This document shows positions 1-9,769 of a DNA stretch of 36,826 bases, in pieces (position 1 is the first letter of the stretch; every line of letters starts with the position of its first letter). Below the pieces are notes generated by a model that worked only from the letters and a program-made list of their open reading frames with translations, was not told the origin of the DNA and did no database searches. The stretch is from an uncultured Lachnospiraceae bacterium (GTDB taxonomy: Bacteria; Bacillota; Clostridia; Lachnospirales; Lachnospiraceae): positions 1 through 36,826 of the forward strand of contig CANREH010000022.1 of the NCBI GenBank assembly GCA_947629585.1, written 5' to 3'. A program made the translations under genes and the position numbers.

Positions 1-1536
1 ATGATAAAGACCGTGCTGTATTTCCTGTTAATGTATGCGCTTGTGTTAATTTTTAATGCGGTATTGATCTCCCGGGTAAAACTGATTGACTTATTAAATG
101 CAAAGAAAATGACGGAACGGGTGAAAGTGAAAAACCCGGTCATTTCCGTCAGCGCCTTTGGGATTTCTGTCATCATGCTGATTTATGCCTATATGAAAGT
201 GGCGGTTTATGCGACGGACATTACGGAGGGCGAGATGATAAAAATTATTGTGATTGGCTGCGTTGCGACGTATTTATTTTTCTGGTCGCTCTCCGGGTTT
301 TTGCTGCAGTTTATGAAAACGCGGAAGAATTTTTACCATAAGAACTTAAATATTTTTGTGACAAGGCAGTTAAACAGCCAGGTGAATACGAATGTTTTTT
401 CGATCAGCATTATTTGCCTGCTGTTATTTTTCGCTATCTGCGTGCTTTCCTTCGGGAGCGCCATGAACAGCTCCTTAAAGAGGACGTTAAAAGAGATGAC
501 GCCAAGAGATGTGTGCTGTGTGAAAGAGTTTACAGACGGCGATCAGAAGACGATACAGGAAGCGTTAAAGGACGGCGGCTTTGACACGGATATCTGGCTG
601 AAAGCGGGATATCCGGAGGCGAGGATCTATCAGACGGAGGATCTGACTTATCAGACTTCTCTGGGCGATCAGATGGAAACGATCACAAAGCAGTACCGCT
701 ATATCCGCTGGGATACGAAAGAGGATCTTGTCCCGCTCAGCGATTATAACGCCATGGCGTCTTTTTATGGGATTGAGACGTATGATCTTGCCGAAAATGA
801 GTTTTTGATGGTCTGCTCTTTTGACGGGATGAAGCAGGTGCGGGATCTTGCGCTGAAGGATCTGGTGATTACGATTGACGGGAAGGATTATCAAAGCGCA
901 GGCGCTTCCTGTGTGGACGGATATCTGGAAATGTCCAATTCCCATGCCAATACGGGCTATTATGTCCTGCCGGACGCAGCGTTTTCCAACTTGGAAAACA
1001 GCGGGTTAACGCTGTATAAAACCATTTTGACGGCGGATTATGCGGCGGAGACGGAAGAAGAAAAGCAGGAGATTGAAGAACGGCTTTCTGAGGTAGAGGC
1101 GGATCATATCATGGCAGTGACAAAGATCTCCCTGTATGAAAGCAGCACCGGGCTTAGCGCGATTATTACTTTCATTGCTATTTATCTGGGAATTATTTTC
1201 CTGATTTCCGGCGGGGCGATCTTAGCGTTAAAGCAGCTTTCCGACAGCGCAGACAATAAAGATCGGTACAATATCCTCCGGAAAATCGGGGCGGATGAAA
1301 CGATGGTGAAAAAGGCGCTGTGGGATCAGATCGGCATTTTCTTTTTCCTGCCGCTTCTCCTGGCGATCGTGCATTCCGTGTTCGGGGTGTTGTTCTGCAA
1401 CCGGGCGCTAAACGGGATGCTGGAGGATTTCAGCATCGGGACGGTCATTTTGACGGCGGCAGTGTTGTTAGTTGTTTACGGGCTGTATTTTCTGGCAACC
1501 TATTCGGAAAGTAAAAGGATGCTGGAGGAGGGGTAG
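1..1536 (+). CDS. FtsX-like ABC transporter permease (BceB-type); 5'-partial, the ORF is open at the window edge
   Basis: Translation is hydrophobic, with multiple TM segments flanking a large extracytoplasmic domain (residues ~150-360). The C-terminal TM bundle, including ...ILRKIGADETMVKKALWDQIGIFFFLPLLLAIVHSVFGV..., is typical of FtsX/BceB/MacB-type permeases. Stop is TAG at 1534-1536. Confidence 0.65.
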   Translation: MIKTVLYFLLMYALVLIFNAVLISRVKLIDLLNAKKMTERVKVKNPVISVSAFGISVIMLIYAYMKVAVYATDITEGEMIKIIVIGCVATYLFFWSLSGFLLQFMKTRKNFYHKNLNIFVTRQLNSQVNTNVFSISIICLLLFFAICVLSFGSAMNSSLKRTLKEMTPRDVCCVKEFTDGDQKTIQEALKDGGFDTDIWLKAGYPEARIYQTEDLTYQTSLGDQMETITKQYRYIRWDTKEDLVPLSDYNAMASFYGIETYDLAENEFLMVCSFDGMKQVRDLALKDLVITIDGKDYQSAGASCVDGYLEMSNSHANTGYYVLPDAAFSNLENSGLTLYKTILTADYAAETEEEKQEIEERLSEVEADHIMAVTKISLYESSTGLSAIITFIAIYLGIIFLISGGAILALKQLSDSADNKDRYNILRKIGADETMVKKALWDQIGIFFFLPLLLAIVHSVFGVLFCNRALNGMLEDFSIGTVILTAAVLLVVYGLYFLATYSESKRMLEEG

Positions 1537-2653
1537 TTTGCAATAGTAACCGCCCCAGTTTCTCAATCCTTTCCATGCAGTGTTCGAAAAATATTTCATA
1601 GGCAGGGCAGAGGTAGTTAAGGTTAAGCCTTTCCTTTTCCCCTGTCTCCCTCCACCGGCGGCAGCCGCCGCGGCACAGGGAAAAATAAGGGCAGGTTTTG
1701 CATTTTTCCAAGATCATATCGCCGGATGACAGAAATTCTTTCGCGCGCTTGGAACTGCCGAGATCAGAAAAGGAATCTTCTACAGTTCCAAGCTTCCATT
1801 TATCCATGCAGTAAAAATCGCAGGGATAGACGCTGCCGTCGCCTTCTACCGCAAAATAACAGCTGCAGCGCCCGTTCATGCCGCATTCCTCCGCCGGATA
1901 GCCTGCCGCCATCTGCGCAAGGTTGGAGAACATACGGATGTCCATGTCCTGCCCGCGCATAAAATCCTCATACCATAAATCAAAGAAGCAATTTAAAAAC
2001 CTGCTGTATTTTACGGGATCTACCGCGAAACGGTTCACATTTTCCCCGTCATTCCTGTTTGGCTCGTCCATGCAGGGAATTAACTGGATATAAGGAAAGC
2101 CGTTACGCTGGTAGAAGTGATAAAGATACGATGGATTCTCCGCCGCCTTATTGGTCACGACAGTAAGGATATTAAAGTCAACCCGGTATTGTTTCAGCAG
2201 TTGAACGGTGTTCATTACCTTTAAAAAGGTCGGGCCGGATGCTGCGTCCAGACGGTATCTGTCATGGATTTTTTTTGGCCCGTCTAAAGAAAGGCCGATT
2301 AAGAACTTGTTTTCCTGGAAAAATTCTGCCCATGCCCTGTCAATTAATATGCCGTTTGTCTGCAGCGTGTTTTCAATGACCAGCCCTTTGGTATTGTATT
2401 TTTTCTGAAATTCTACTGCCTGCTTAAAAAAATCCAAACCCGCTAAGGCAGGCTCTCCGCCCTGAAAGGCAAAGGATAAGTAGCCGTCGGCGTATTCGAT
2501 GGCATTCGCCACCAGTTTTTCCAGAGTATCTTTACTCATAAATCCCTTGCTGTATTCTTCTCTGTTGCTGCTTAAGCATTTATAAAAACAATATTTGCAG
2601 TCAATATTACAATTTGCTGACGCTGGTTTGATTAAAATACTTGCTGCTGGCAT
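1445..2653 (-). CDS. Anaerobic sulfatase-maturating enzyme (radical SAM with SPASM auxiliary clusters; makes Cys/Ser-to-formylglycine in sulfatases)
   Basis: N-terminal CNIDCKYC radical-SAM motif (CxxxCxxC) and a GGEP-like motif. The C-terminal Cys-rich region (CGMNGRCSCYFAVEGDGSVYPCDFYC ... CKTCPYFSLCRGGC) is typical of the SPASM domain. It sits immediately downstream of, and is translationally coupled to, the sulfatase gene (11-nt gap). Its 3' end overlaps the convergent FtsX gene by about 90 nt. Confidence 0.85.
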   Translation of the reverse strand: MPAASILIKPASANCNIDCKYCFYKCLSSNREEYSKGFMSKDTLEKLVANAIEYADGYLSFAFQGGEPALAGLDFFKQAVEFQKKYNTKGLVIENTLQTNGILIDRAWAEFFQENKFLIGLSLDGPKKIHDRYRLDAASGPTFLKVMNTVQLLKQYRVDFNILTVVTNKAAENPSYLYHFYQRNGFPYIQLIPCMDEPNRNDGENVNRFAVDPVKYSRFLNCFFDLWYEDFMRGQDMDIRMFSNLAQMAAGYPAEECGMNGRCSCYFAVEGDGSVYPCDFYCMDKWKLGTVEDSFSDLGSSKRAKEFLSSGDMILEKCKTCPYFSLCRGGCRRWRETGEKERLNLNYLCPAYEIFFEHCMERIEKLGRLLLQTTPPPASFYFPNRLPENTARKQLTTLPPSK

Positions 2654-2664
2654 AAGGTTCCTTT

Positions 2665-4947
2665 CTATTCAATGGAGGACAGTTTCCTCAGTTCTTCCTG
2701 CGGGTCTGCATTCGTTGCAAACTGATGCAGCTCTATCCGGTTGATCGTTCCGCTAAAGTCAAATGGCAGCTCATAGTCGGGAGTTACCGGGGTATAGCGG
2801 TTTCCTTTTAAGGTGGCTGTGAATCCGATCATATAGGCAAACTGCGTCACTTCGACGGCGCCTGCGGGAGTCTGGTTAATGTATAAGGTGACGACCGCCT
2901 TATCTTTTTCCCGGATAAAGCTGTAACCTACCTGTATCTGGCCGAGCGGAAGCTCGGTTTCGGAAACGGCCTTGAAATAGGCTTTCTTGTTGGCATTATA
3001 GACATACTGCAGACGGTTGTCTTTGATAAAGAAGGAAATCCCGCCAAAACGTTGCCCGTTGCTGTAAAGAACGCCTTCTTCCGACTTTGAGGAACGGACG
3101 ATTTCCGCCGTTATGACATGGCTTGCCGACTGTGACTGGATATTCCGCTCCATAACCAGATCAACCGGCTTGATCACGTGTTCAAATACGATGGTTTTTT
3201 CCGGAAGCAGGATCTGTTCTGCATACTGCCTTGACAGGTTTTCCGGCTTTCCATGCATGGAAAAGCGCAGCATTGGGAACACTCCGTATTTCCCGGCTTC
3301 GTGCATGAAGTCTTCTTTTAATTCCTGCAGCTTTTCCGGATATTTGTCCGCCACATTATATTTTTCGGAATAATCTTCTGCTACATGATACAGTTCCCAT
3401 TCGTCTTTTGCGTAATCTTCCACAAAGCAGTGGTTGACTACCGCTTTCCAGCCGTCTTTGTAAAGGCCGCGGTTCCCATGGACTTCATAATACTGGATAT
3501 ACCGCTCGCTTGGCGCATCTGCATGGCTGAAAGTGTATTTCATGCTGATGCCGGAAAATGGCTGCTGATGAACTCCTTTGATATATTCCGGTTTTTCTAC
3601 GCCGAGGATGTCAAGGATGGTCGGGGTAATATCGGTTACATGGTGGTATTGCCCGCGGACGGCGCCTGTGTCTGCAATCCCAGCAGGATAGCGGATAATC
3701 AGCGGGTCTTTAATGCCGCCTTCATGCGCCCAGATCTTATACCACTGGAACGGGGTATTGCCGCAGTTTGCCCATCCGGTAGGATAGTGGTTGAAAGCAA
3801 GCTCAGTCCCAATCTCGTCTAAGTGTTCATAGGCGTAATCTATCTCATGTTCAGCGCGGACGGTGACATCCTGCCCGCACATCCCGTTAAACCTGCCGTC
3901 TACGCCGCCTTCTGCGCTGGCACCGTTATCGGATAAAAATACGATGATAGTATTGTCATACTGGCCGCTTTTTTCCAGATAATCAATCAGCCTTCCGATC
4001 TGGGCGTCCGTATGCGTCAACATTCCTGCAAAGGCTTCCATCTCTCTTGCATAGACAGCTTTTTCTTTTTCCGTGCAGGAATCCCAGTCACGGATATATT
4101 CATTTTTCTCCGTCAGTTCCGCATCCTGCGGAATTACGCCCATACGTTTCTGGTTTTCAAACCACTGCTGCCTGACCACGTCCCATCCGGCGTCAAATTT
4201 CCCTTTGTATGCGTCGATGTATTCCTTTGGCGCATGGTGCGGGGTGTGCATGGCGCCGAACGCCAGATACAAAAAGAACGGCTGCTGCGGATAGTTGATA
4301 TGGTGTTCATACAGATAATCAATGGCATTATCCACGATATCCTCTGAAAAATGATATCCTTCCTCCACGGTTTTTGGCTGCATAGCTCTGGAATTATCCC
4401 GGATCAGATGCGGATGGTACTGATCGTTTTCCCCATGAAGGAAGCCGTAATAACGGTCGAAGCCTCTTTGCAGCGGCCAGCCGTCCGTATTGCCGGACGC
4501 GCACTGCTGCCCGGTCAGGTGCCATTTTCCGGAACAGAACGTTGCATATCCGTAATCCTTTAAGATTTCCGCAATGGTTGCATATTCAGGGTTTAACTGG
4601 CCGTTTAAATTGTTCGGCGCGCCTGTCTTAAGCTCTATCAGGCTTGCGCAGCCTGCCGAGTGGTGGTTGGCGCCGGTCAGGAGAGAAGTCCTTGTTGCGG
4701 AGCAGACGGCCGTTGTATGGAAATTGTTATAACGCAGGCCCTCTTTTGCCAGACGGTCAATGTTCGGCGTGCTGATGGAAGAGCCGTAGCACCCAAGCTG
4801 GGCAAAGCCCATATCGTCCAGCAGGATATAGATGACGTTAGGCGCATTTTCCGGGTTGTTGTCTGTTGTATGGTACTGGTATCTGGTTTCCGCCATGGTG
4901 CGGCCTACCGTTCCGGTAAATACTCTTTTTTGCATGGCATGATTCAA
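2665..4947 (-). CDS. Formylglycine-dependent (type I) sulfatase, Cys-type, cytoplasmic (no signal peptide), with a C-terminal extension domain
   Basis: Sulfatase signature ...HTTAVCSATRTSLLTGANHH... (C-x-A-x-R variant of C/S-x-P-x-R followed by LLTG). N-terminal ...IYILLDDMGFAQLGCYGS... metal-binding motif. It is 760 aa with no N-terminal hydrophobic signal. The RBS AAAGG lies upstream of the ATG at 4947. Confidence 0.85.
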   Translation of the reverse strand: MNHAMQKRVFTGTVGRTMAETRYQYHTTDNNPENAPNVIYILLDDMGFAQLGCYGSSISTPNIDRLAKEGLRYNNFHTTAVCSATRTSLLTGANHHSAGCASLIELKTGAPNNLNGQLNPEYATIAEILKDYGYATFCSGKWHLTGQQCASGNTDGWPLQRGFDRYYGFLHGENDQYHPHLIRDNSRAMQPKTVEEGYHFSEDIVDNAIDYLYEHHINYPQQPFFLYLAFGAMHTPHHAPKEYIDAYKGKFDAGWDVVRQQWFENQKRMGVIPQDAELTEKNEYIRDWDSCTEKEKAVYAREMEAFAGMLTHTDAQIGRLIDYLEKSGQYDNTIIVFLSDNGASAEGGVDGRFNGMCGQDVTVRAEHEIDYAYEHLDEIGTELAFNHYPTGWANCGNTPFQWYKIWAHEGGIKDPLIIRYPAGIADTGAVRGQYHHVTDITPTILDILGVEKPEYIKGVHQQPFSGISMKYTFSHADAPSERYIQYYEVHGNRGLYKDGWKAVVNHCFVEDYAKDEWELYHVAEDYSEKYNVADKYPEKLQELKEDFMHEAGKYGVFPMLRFSMHGKPENLSRQYAEQILLPEKTIVFEHVIKPVDLVMERNIQSQSASHVITAEIVRSSKSEEGVLYSNGQRFGGISFFIKDNRLQYVYNANKKAYFKAVSETELPLGQIQVGYSFIREKDKAVVTLYINQTPAGAVEVTQFAYMIGFTATLKGNRYTPVTPDYELPFDFSGTINRIELHQFATNADPQEELRKLSSIE

Positions 4948-4990
4948 CCTTTCTATAATGATATGATTTTATTTTTTACTGTTTTTACTT

Positions 4991-6946
4991 TCATGGCTCA
5001 ACGATGGCAAAATTCCGGAAGGAATCCGTGTCGGTGACATATTCATCTAACAGCTTTAGGATCCGCAGGGCTTCCCCGCTGCCGGAAAAGCTCTCTGTGG
5101 AAAATTCCTTCGCCGCCAGAGCGTACAACTGGGACTTTGACAGTGTAAGGACAGTCAGTGACGGATCTTCCTGAAGGGATTGCGTATATAAAAGCGTCCC
5201 TTTATATAACTGCGTCAGAAAGGTTTCTTCTGTGTCGGATATTTTCAGCAGGAAGCTTATGTTTTCCTTCAGGGCTTTTTCACCGTCCAGATTGATGGAC
5301 AGATAATCTAACAGAAGGGAGGTATTGACATAAGGCATGACATCCCTGTTTTCCATATACCGCTGCGTCCTCTTTTTTCGTTCTTCCGGGTGTCGAAGCT
5401 CATAGGCGCCGCATAAGTACATATTCCTCCATAAGCCGGTGATGGCCTGATACCCAAGCTGTTCCAGCGCATCCGCGCATAGAAGCCTTGCTTTTTCATT
5501 GTCGGGATTTTGAAATACCAGATGGTTGGTGATAGTGGCTACCCATTGGTATTCTCCCTTTTCGTAGTCCTGTTCCGCCAGACGGATGATTTTTTCTTCC
5601 GAACCGATGTATTCCACGAGTTTTTTCGCAAGCGCCTGTTCTTCGAGAGGGAACAGATTCACCGGATTGCCGTCATAAAAGCCGAGATAGCGTTGGACGC
5701 ATCCTCTGGCGTTAAATGTATAATTGCCGTAGTGATCTCTTGTGTACCATGTCCTGCCAATCTCATCAGGGATATGGATGCGCCTGCCGATTTCATTTAA
5801 TTTCATGCCCTGATTGGCTAAAAGAAGGGCCTGATCGTTTGGGAATTTATAGGCTGCAGCATTATCCAGCAAAAACTCTTTTAAATTATCAGGACGGTTT
5901 TCCTGCTTAAAATGCGCTATGCCATGTCCCTGAAAGACTGCATTGACTTCGTTTCCATACCGGGCATAGAGTTTGTAAAACATTTTGCCCCATTCTGCGG
6001 CGTCCCGCACTCTGGCGCCGCGGGGCGTGTAGGTGTTGTGGAGCGTTCCCATGACATTGTCGCCAAGAAACAATACTTTGTGGGTGTTGCTGTAAACGCA
6101 CATATGCGCCCTTGTTTCTGTGTCCGGCGTCGGCAGGAAAGTTAACGATACCCCGTCAATCGTCAGGGTGGTTTCTTCTTCTATCTGCATAGTCGGCAGG
6201 ATCATGGACATTTTCCCGCGGATTCCGAGGGTATGATTTAATCCTGCGGAAACGACGCCTTTTTCATCGCGGTAAGGTAAAATCATGCCGCCCTGATACT
6301 CAAGCCTCCTGCTCATGGCAGTGCCGGCATACAGGTTATCGTCAATCAGCGACTGCTCATACGGGCCGGGGGCAATGACCGGAATTTTCCCTTCCTCTAA
6401 GCTGCCGGCCTGTTCCTGCGTGAGAAAGGCTTCCGCCCCGGCATAATGATCCAGATGGGAATGGGAATAAATAACGGCGGCAATCCTTCCTTCTATTTTT
6501 TTCCCGATAGCTTTCTCCGCAAGCTTCATGGCTGTTTTTGCGCCTTCCACAAAGTTGCCGCAGTCCTCCACGATCCATCCATGGGCTGTCCGGATGAACG
6601 CTACCATGGCAATTTCCACGCCGGTAACGACATAATAGCCTTCCGCCATTTTATAGACGCCTGCAAATTCATTGTCTTTTTTTATCTGCCATAAATAAGG
6701 GTTTACGGTATCGGGAAAATCGCCGGATTTTTGCACCGGAGTGCGGGCGGGATCGTAAATCACGTTCCCGTCCTCATCCTGAATCACCTCGTCCCCCAGA
6801 GACAGGATCAAATGCGCCTTTGCGTCTTCCACATCCAGCAGTTCGATTTTCAGCTTTTCCGGATCCATTTCCTTTCGTAATTTTTGATTGTTTGCCCTCG
6901 TAAATTCTGTGGCGTCTTTCCTGTCTTTGCTATAAATGTGCTGCAT
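4991..6946 (-). CDS. MBL-fold alkyl/aryl-sulfatase (SdsA1/BDS1-like type III sulfatase)
   Basis: Metallo-beta-lactamase zinc motif ...AAVIYSHSHLDHYAGAEAF... (HxHxDH). The ~650-aa length and a C-terminal SCP2-like tail (...ALRILKLLDEYVTDTDSFRNFAIVEP) match the SdsA1 architecture. I place the start at the internal ATG at 6946 (MQHIYSK...), which is preceded by a strong AAGGAGG RBS. The tracked ORF begins 54 nt upstream. Confidence 0.8.
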   Translation of the reverse strand: MQHIYSKDRKDATEFTRANNQKLRKEMDPEKLKIELLDVEDAKAHLILSLGDEVIQDEDGNVIYDPARTPVQKSGDFPDTVNPYLWQIKKDNEFAGVYKMAEGYYVVTGVEIAMVAFIRTAHGWIVEDCGNFVEGAKTAMKLAEKAIGKKIEGRIAAVIYSHSHLDHYAGAEAFLTQEQAGSLEEGKIPVIAPGPYEQSLIDDNLYAGTAMSRRLEYQGGMILPYRDEKGVVSAGLNHTLGIRGKMSMILPTMQIEEETTLTIDGVSLTFLPTPDTETRAHMCVYSNTHKVLFLGDNVMGTLHNTYTPRGARVRDAAEWGKMFYKLYARYGNEVNAVFQGHGIAHFKQENRPDNLKEFLLDNAAAYKFPNDQALLLANQGMKLNEIGRRIHIPDEIGRTWYTRDHYGNYTFNARGCVQRYLGFYDGNPVNLFPLEEQALAKKLVEYIGSEEKIIRLAEQDYEKGEYQWVATITNHLVFQNPDNEKARLLCADALEQLGYQAITGLWRNMYLCGAYELRHPEERKKRTQRYMENRDVMPYVNTSLLLDYLSINLDGEKALKENISFLLKISDTEETFLTQLYKGTLLYTQSLQEDPSLTVLTLSKSQLYALAAKEFSTESFSGSGEALRILKLLDEYVTDTDSFRNFAIVEP

Positions 6947-6956
6947 TTCTTCCTCC

Positions 6957-8000
6957 TTACTCTGCCGCTTTGTCTGCGTAAGCAGAATCAAAAAGTTCAT
7001 CGAAGTTGATATCTCCGCCTAATAAATGGTTATTTTTTGCAAAGTCATATTGATTTTTCACCAGTTCTTTATACTGATCGGTAAAGAACGGAGAGAAATA
7101 GGCAAAGGAAGTGTCATAAGCATAGACCTGCTTTAAGATGGCGGCCGGGGAATTTTCTGTTTCCAGAAGATCATATACTTTGTCCGGGTTTTCCTGCGCA
7201 TATTTGCTGGCCCTGTCATAAGCTTTGATTAATGCGGTTGCGGCGTCAGGATTTTCTTTTAATGCTTCGCTTCTTGCCACTAAGGCAATGCCGGTTCTTT
7301 CGGATGCCGCATCCTCTGTGGCTGTGTCTGCGACAATGGTTCCGAGTCCCTGATCCTGAAGGGAGAGGGCCGCGCTGTAAGCGGTGACGTAGGCGTCCGC
7401 ATTGCCGGAAGCCAGTACGGAATTGGCGTCTGCCAGTGCGTTGATCTGCTCTACGCTGTCCGGATCAATGTCATATTCTTCGCATAGATCCATGAAGTAT
7501 TTATAAAGGATCGTCCCTGCCGTCACGATGACTTTCTTTCCTTCCAAATCAGCCGCGCTCTTGATGCCGCTGTCTTTCCCGGCAATAACGGCATAATTGT
7601 AGCTTTGTGTCGCCGTGGCGATAATTTTGATATCCACGCCGTTGCTTTTTGCCACTAATGCCGGCAGTTCATTGTAAACTGCAAAATCAACTTCTCCCGC
7701 TGCCAGCGCTTCATTGATGGCGGGGCCTGCCTGCGCGAAGCCGACATATTCAGCCCTGCAGCCTGCCGCAGACAGCTCTTCTTTCACATATCCAAGCTGT
7801 TCCGCTAGTAATGCGTTTTCTACAAGGGCATTGTTCTGTCCCGGCGTTGCGATTTTTATGACCTTTTCCGCCTTGTCCTCTGTCTGATTTGTTTCATTTG
7901 CCGAAGAAGTGGTTTCTTTGCCGCATCCGGTAAATAAAAAGCCGAATGCCAGTATGGTTGCCGCTAAACTTGTTACTTTCACTAATTTTTTGATCTTCAT
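6957..8000 (-). CDS. ABC transporter substrate-binding lipoprotein, NMT1/SsuA/TauA (sulfonate/taurine/nitrate) family
   Basis: Signal peptide with a lipobox (…LAFGFLFTGCGKE…). The protein is about 340 aa and periplasmic-binding-protein-like, sitting next to a cognate permease and ATPase. AGGAGG RBS lies 9 nt upstream of the ATG at 8000. The tracked ORF start at 8006 is a TTG. Confidence 0.7.
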   Translation of the reverse strand: MKIKKLVKVTSLAATILAFGFLFTGCGKETTSSANETNQTEDKAEKVIKIATPGQNNALVENALLAEQLGYVKEELSAAGCRAEYVGFAQAGPAINEALAAGEVDFAVYNELPALVAKSNGVDIKIIATATQSYNYAVIAGKDSGIKSAADLEGKKVIVTAGTILYKYFMDLCEEYDIDPDSVEQINALADANSVLASGNADAYVTAYSAALSLQDQGLGTIVADTATEDAASERTGIALVARSEALKENPDAATALIKAYDRASKYAQENPDKVYDLLETENSPAAILKQVYAYDTSFAYFSPFFTDQYKELVKNQYDFAKNNHLLGGDINFDELFDSAYADKAAE

Positions 8001-8036
8001 AGTCAATATCCTCCTAAATGATTTAATGAAATTATG

Positions 8037-8807
8037 TTATTCTTTACTTTCCGCAGTGCGTATCCATGGGGTCAGCCGTTCAAAGATGACAGATAACAGT
8101 TTATCCATAAGGATGCCGACGGCCCCGATCACAATCATGCAGACCATGACCTTGTCTGACCGCATAATGCTTCTGGCATCGTTCATCCGGTATCCGATTC
8201 CGGAAGACGCAGCGATAAGTTCTGCCGCGACCAATGCCATCCATGATACGCCAAGCCCAAGCTTTAAGCCTACCAGAATTTGCGGCAGGGCATGGGGCAG
8301 GTATACTTTTGTAAATGTCTGCCATTTGTTTAACTTATACAGCCTCGCTACTTCCACCAGACCATTCGGCGTGCTGGTAAAGCCGCTCAGCGTATTCATA
8401 AGGATCGGGAAAGAGGCTGCGATGACGATAATGACAACTTTGGATTCTTCCCCGATGCCTGCCCATAAAATAATCAATGGGATCCATGCAATTACCGGAA
8501 TCTGGCGTATGGTGGTAATCGTTGGGAGCAGCAGCGCAGTGACGGTTTTGCTCATGCCCATCAGGGCGCCCAGCGTTAAGCCTGCCAGCGCGGAACATAA
8601 AAATCCTTTGAGTACCCTGCCGATGCTTACCCCCAGATCTTCTAAAAGCTGCCCTGACAAAAGCATTTCCTGAAAGGACTGGAAAACCACGGAGATTTTC
8701 GGCAGCAGGCTGTTGGGTATATTGGTAAAGACTGTGCAGCAGTACCATGCTGTTAAAATTAAAACCGGCACAATAAAGCCAAGCATATTTTTTTTCACTG
8801 CATTCAT
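8037..8807 (-). CDS. ABC transporter permease (SsuC/TauC-type, BPD_transp_1 family)
   Basis: Six-TM, 256-aa permease. Its start overlaps the ATPase stop (ATGA coupling at 8804-8807). Confidence 0.8.
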   Translation of the reverse strand: MNAVKKNMLGFIVPVLILTAWYCCTVFTNIPNSLLPKISVVFQSFQEMLLSGQLLEDLGVSIGRVLKGFLCSALAGLTLGALMGMSKTVTALLLPTITTIRQIPVIAWIPLIILWAGIGEESKVVIIVIAASFPILMNTLSGFTSTPNGLVEVARLYKLNKWQTFTKVYLPHALPQILVGLKLGLGVSWMALVAAELIAASSGIGYRMNDARSIMRSDKVMVCMIVIGAVGILMDKLLSVIFERLTPWIRTAESKE

Positions 8808-9586
8808 GACACTTCACGCTCCTTTTCATTTTCAAAGAAATAATTATAGATTTTTTGTTTGTATTCATTGAACCTTTTGCCATTCCGCTTTTTTCCTTCC
8901 ACTGGGTCCACATCTATGATTTCTTTGATTTCTCCGGGCCTTGCTGACATGACCACGATGCGGTTCCCGAGATAAATCGCTTCTTCGATGTCATGTGTTA
9001 CCATGATCATGGTGGTTTTTTCCTCTTTTTGGATACGCAGGATTTCTTTCTGCATCTGAATCCTTGTCAGGGCGTCCAATGCGCCGAAAGGCTCATCTAA
9101 AAGTAAAATTGTCGGTTTGTTGGCAAGCCCTCTGGCGATTGCGGCCCTCTGGGACATTCCGCCCGATAACTGGGAAGGATAGCTGTTTTCAAACCCGGAA
9201 AGCCCGACCAGATCCAGATATCTTTTTACCGTTTCTTGCCGTTCCGGTTTTGATAAAGATTTCAGCCCGAAACCTACATTGTCTTTGATTTTGAGCCATG
9301 GCATCAGGCGGTGATCCTGAAATACCATTCCGCATTTCGGCCCGGGCCCGGCAACCGCATGGCCGTTTCTTTCAACGATCCCGTCTTTATAATCCACCAG
9401 ACCGCAGATGATTTTTAATAATGTGCTTTTTCCGCATCCGCTATGGCCCACGATGGTAATAAATTCTCCTTTTTTTATTTGGAGATTGATATCTTTGAGA
9501 ATGTCCATCGGCTGTTTGTCGATGATGAATTGTTTGTTAAGATGTTCTACATTAATGATGTATTCAATTGCTTTATTTTCCGTCAT
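8804..9586 (-). CDS. ABC transporter ATP-binding protein (SsuB/TauB-type)
   Basis: Walker A GHSGCGKST, signature LSGGMSQR, Walker B LLLDEPFGALD. It is the first gene of the minus-strand operon. Confidence 0.85.
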   Translation of the reverse strand: MTENKAIEYIINVEHLNKQFIIDKQPMDILKDINLQIKKGEFITIVGHSGCGKSTLLKIICGLVDYKDGIVERNGHAVAGPGPKCGMVFQDHRLMPWLKIKDNVGFGLKSLSKPERQETVKRYLDLVGLSGFENSYPSQLSGGMSQRAAIARGLANKPTILLLDEPFGALDALTRIQMQKEILRIQKEEKTTMIMVTHDIEEAIYLGNRIVVMSARPGEIKEIIDVDPVEGKKRNGKRFNEYKQKIYNYFFENEKEREVS

Positions 9587-9621
9587 TTTTTTGCGCTCCT
9601 CCTGTCCGTTTTATGTCCTGT

Positions 9622-9650
9622 ATTATAAGAGCGTATCAATGCAAAGTAAA
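9622..9650 (-). promoter_or_regulatory. Candidate sigma-A promoter of the sulfatase/ABC operon
   Basis: Read on the minus strand: TTTACT-N17-TATAAT (perfect -10). About 25 nt downstream comes GGAGGAG and then the ATG at 9586. Confidence 0.35.
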
Positions 9651-9769
9651 TGATAAAATGTGAAAACGTTTTCAGGTGGGATCGGCATAAGGAAATCATT
9701 GGATTTATATTGATATATCAGCAATCGAGGATAAAAAAATATCAATATAAGATTGATAAAATGAAGAAA

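Noticed and set aside
3113-4563. Several 70-145-aa plus-strand ORFs (3113..3373, 3385..3822, 4012..4347, 4351..4563)
   Set aside because: All are antisense within the 760-aa sulfatase gene, which has clear family motifs. They lack RBSs and recognisable domains.
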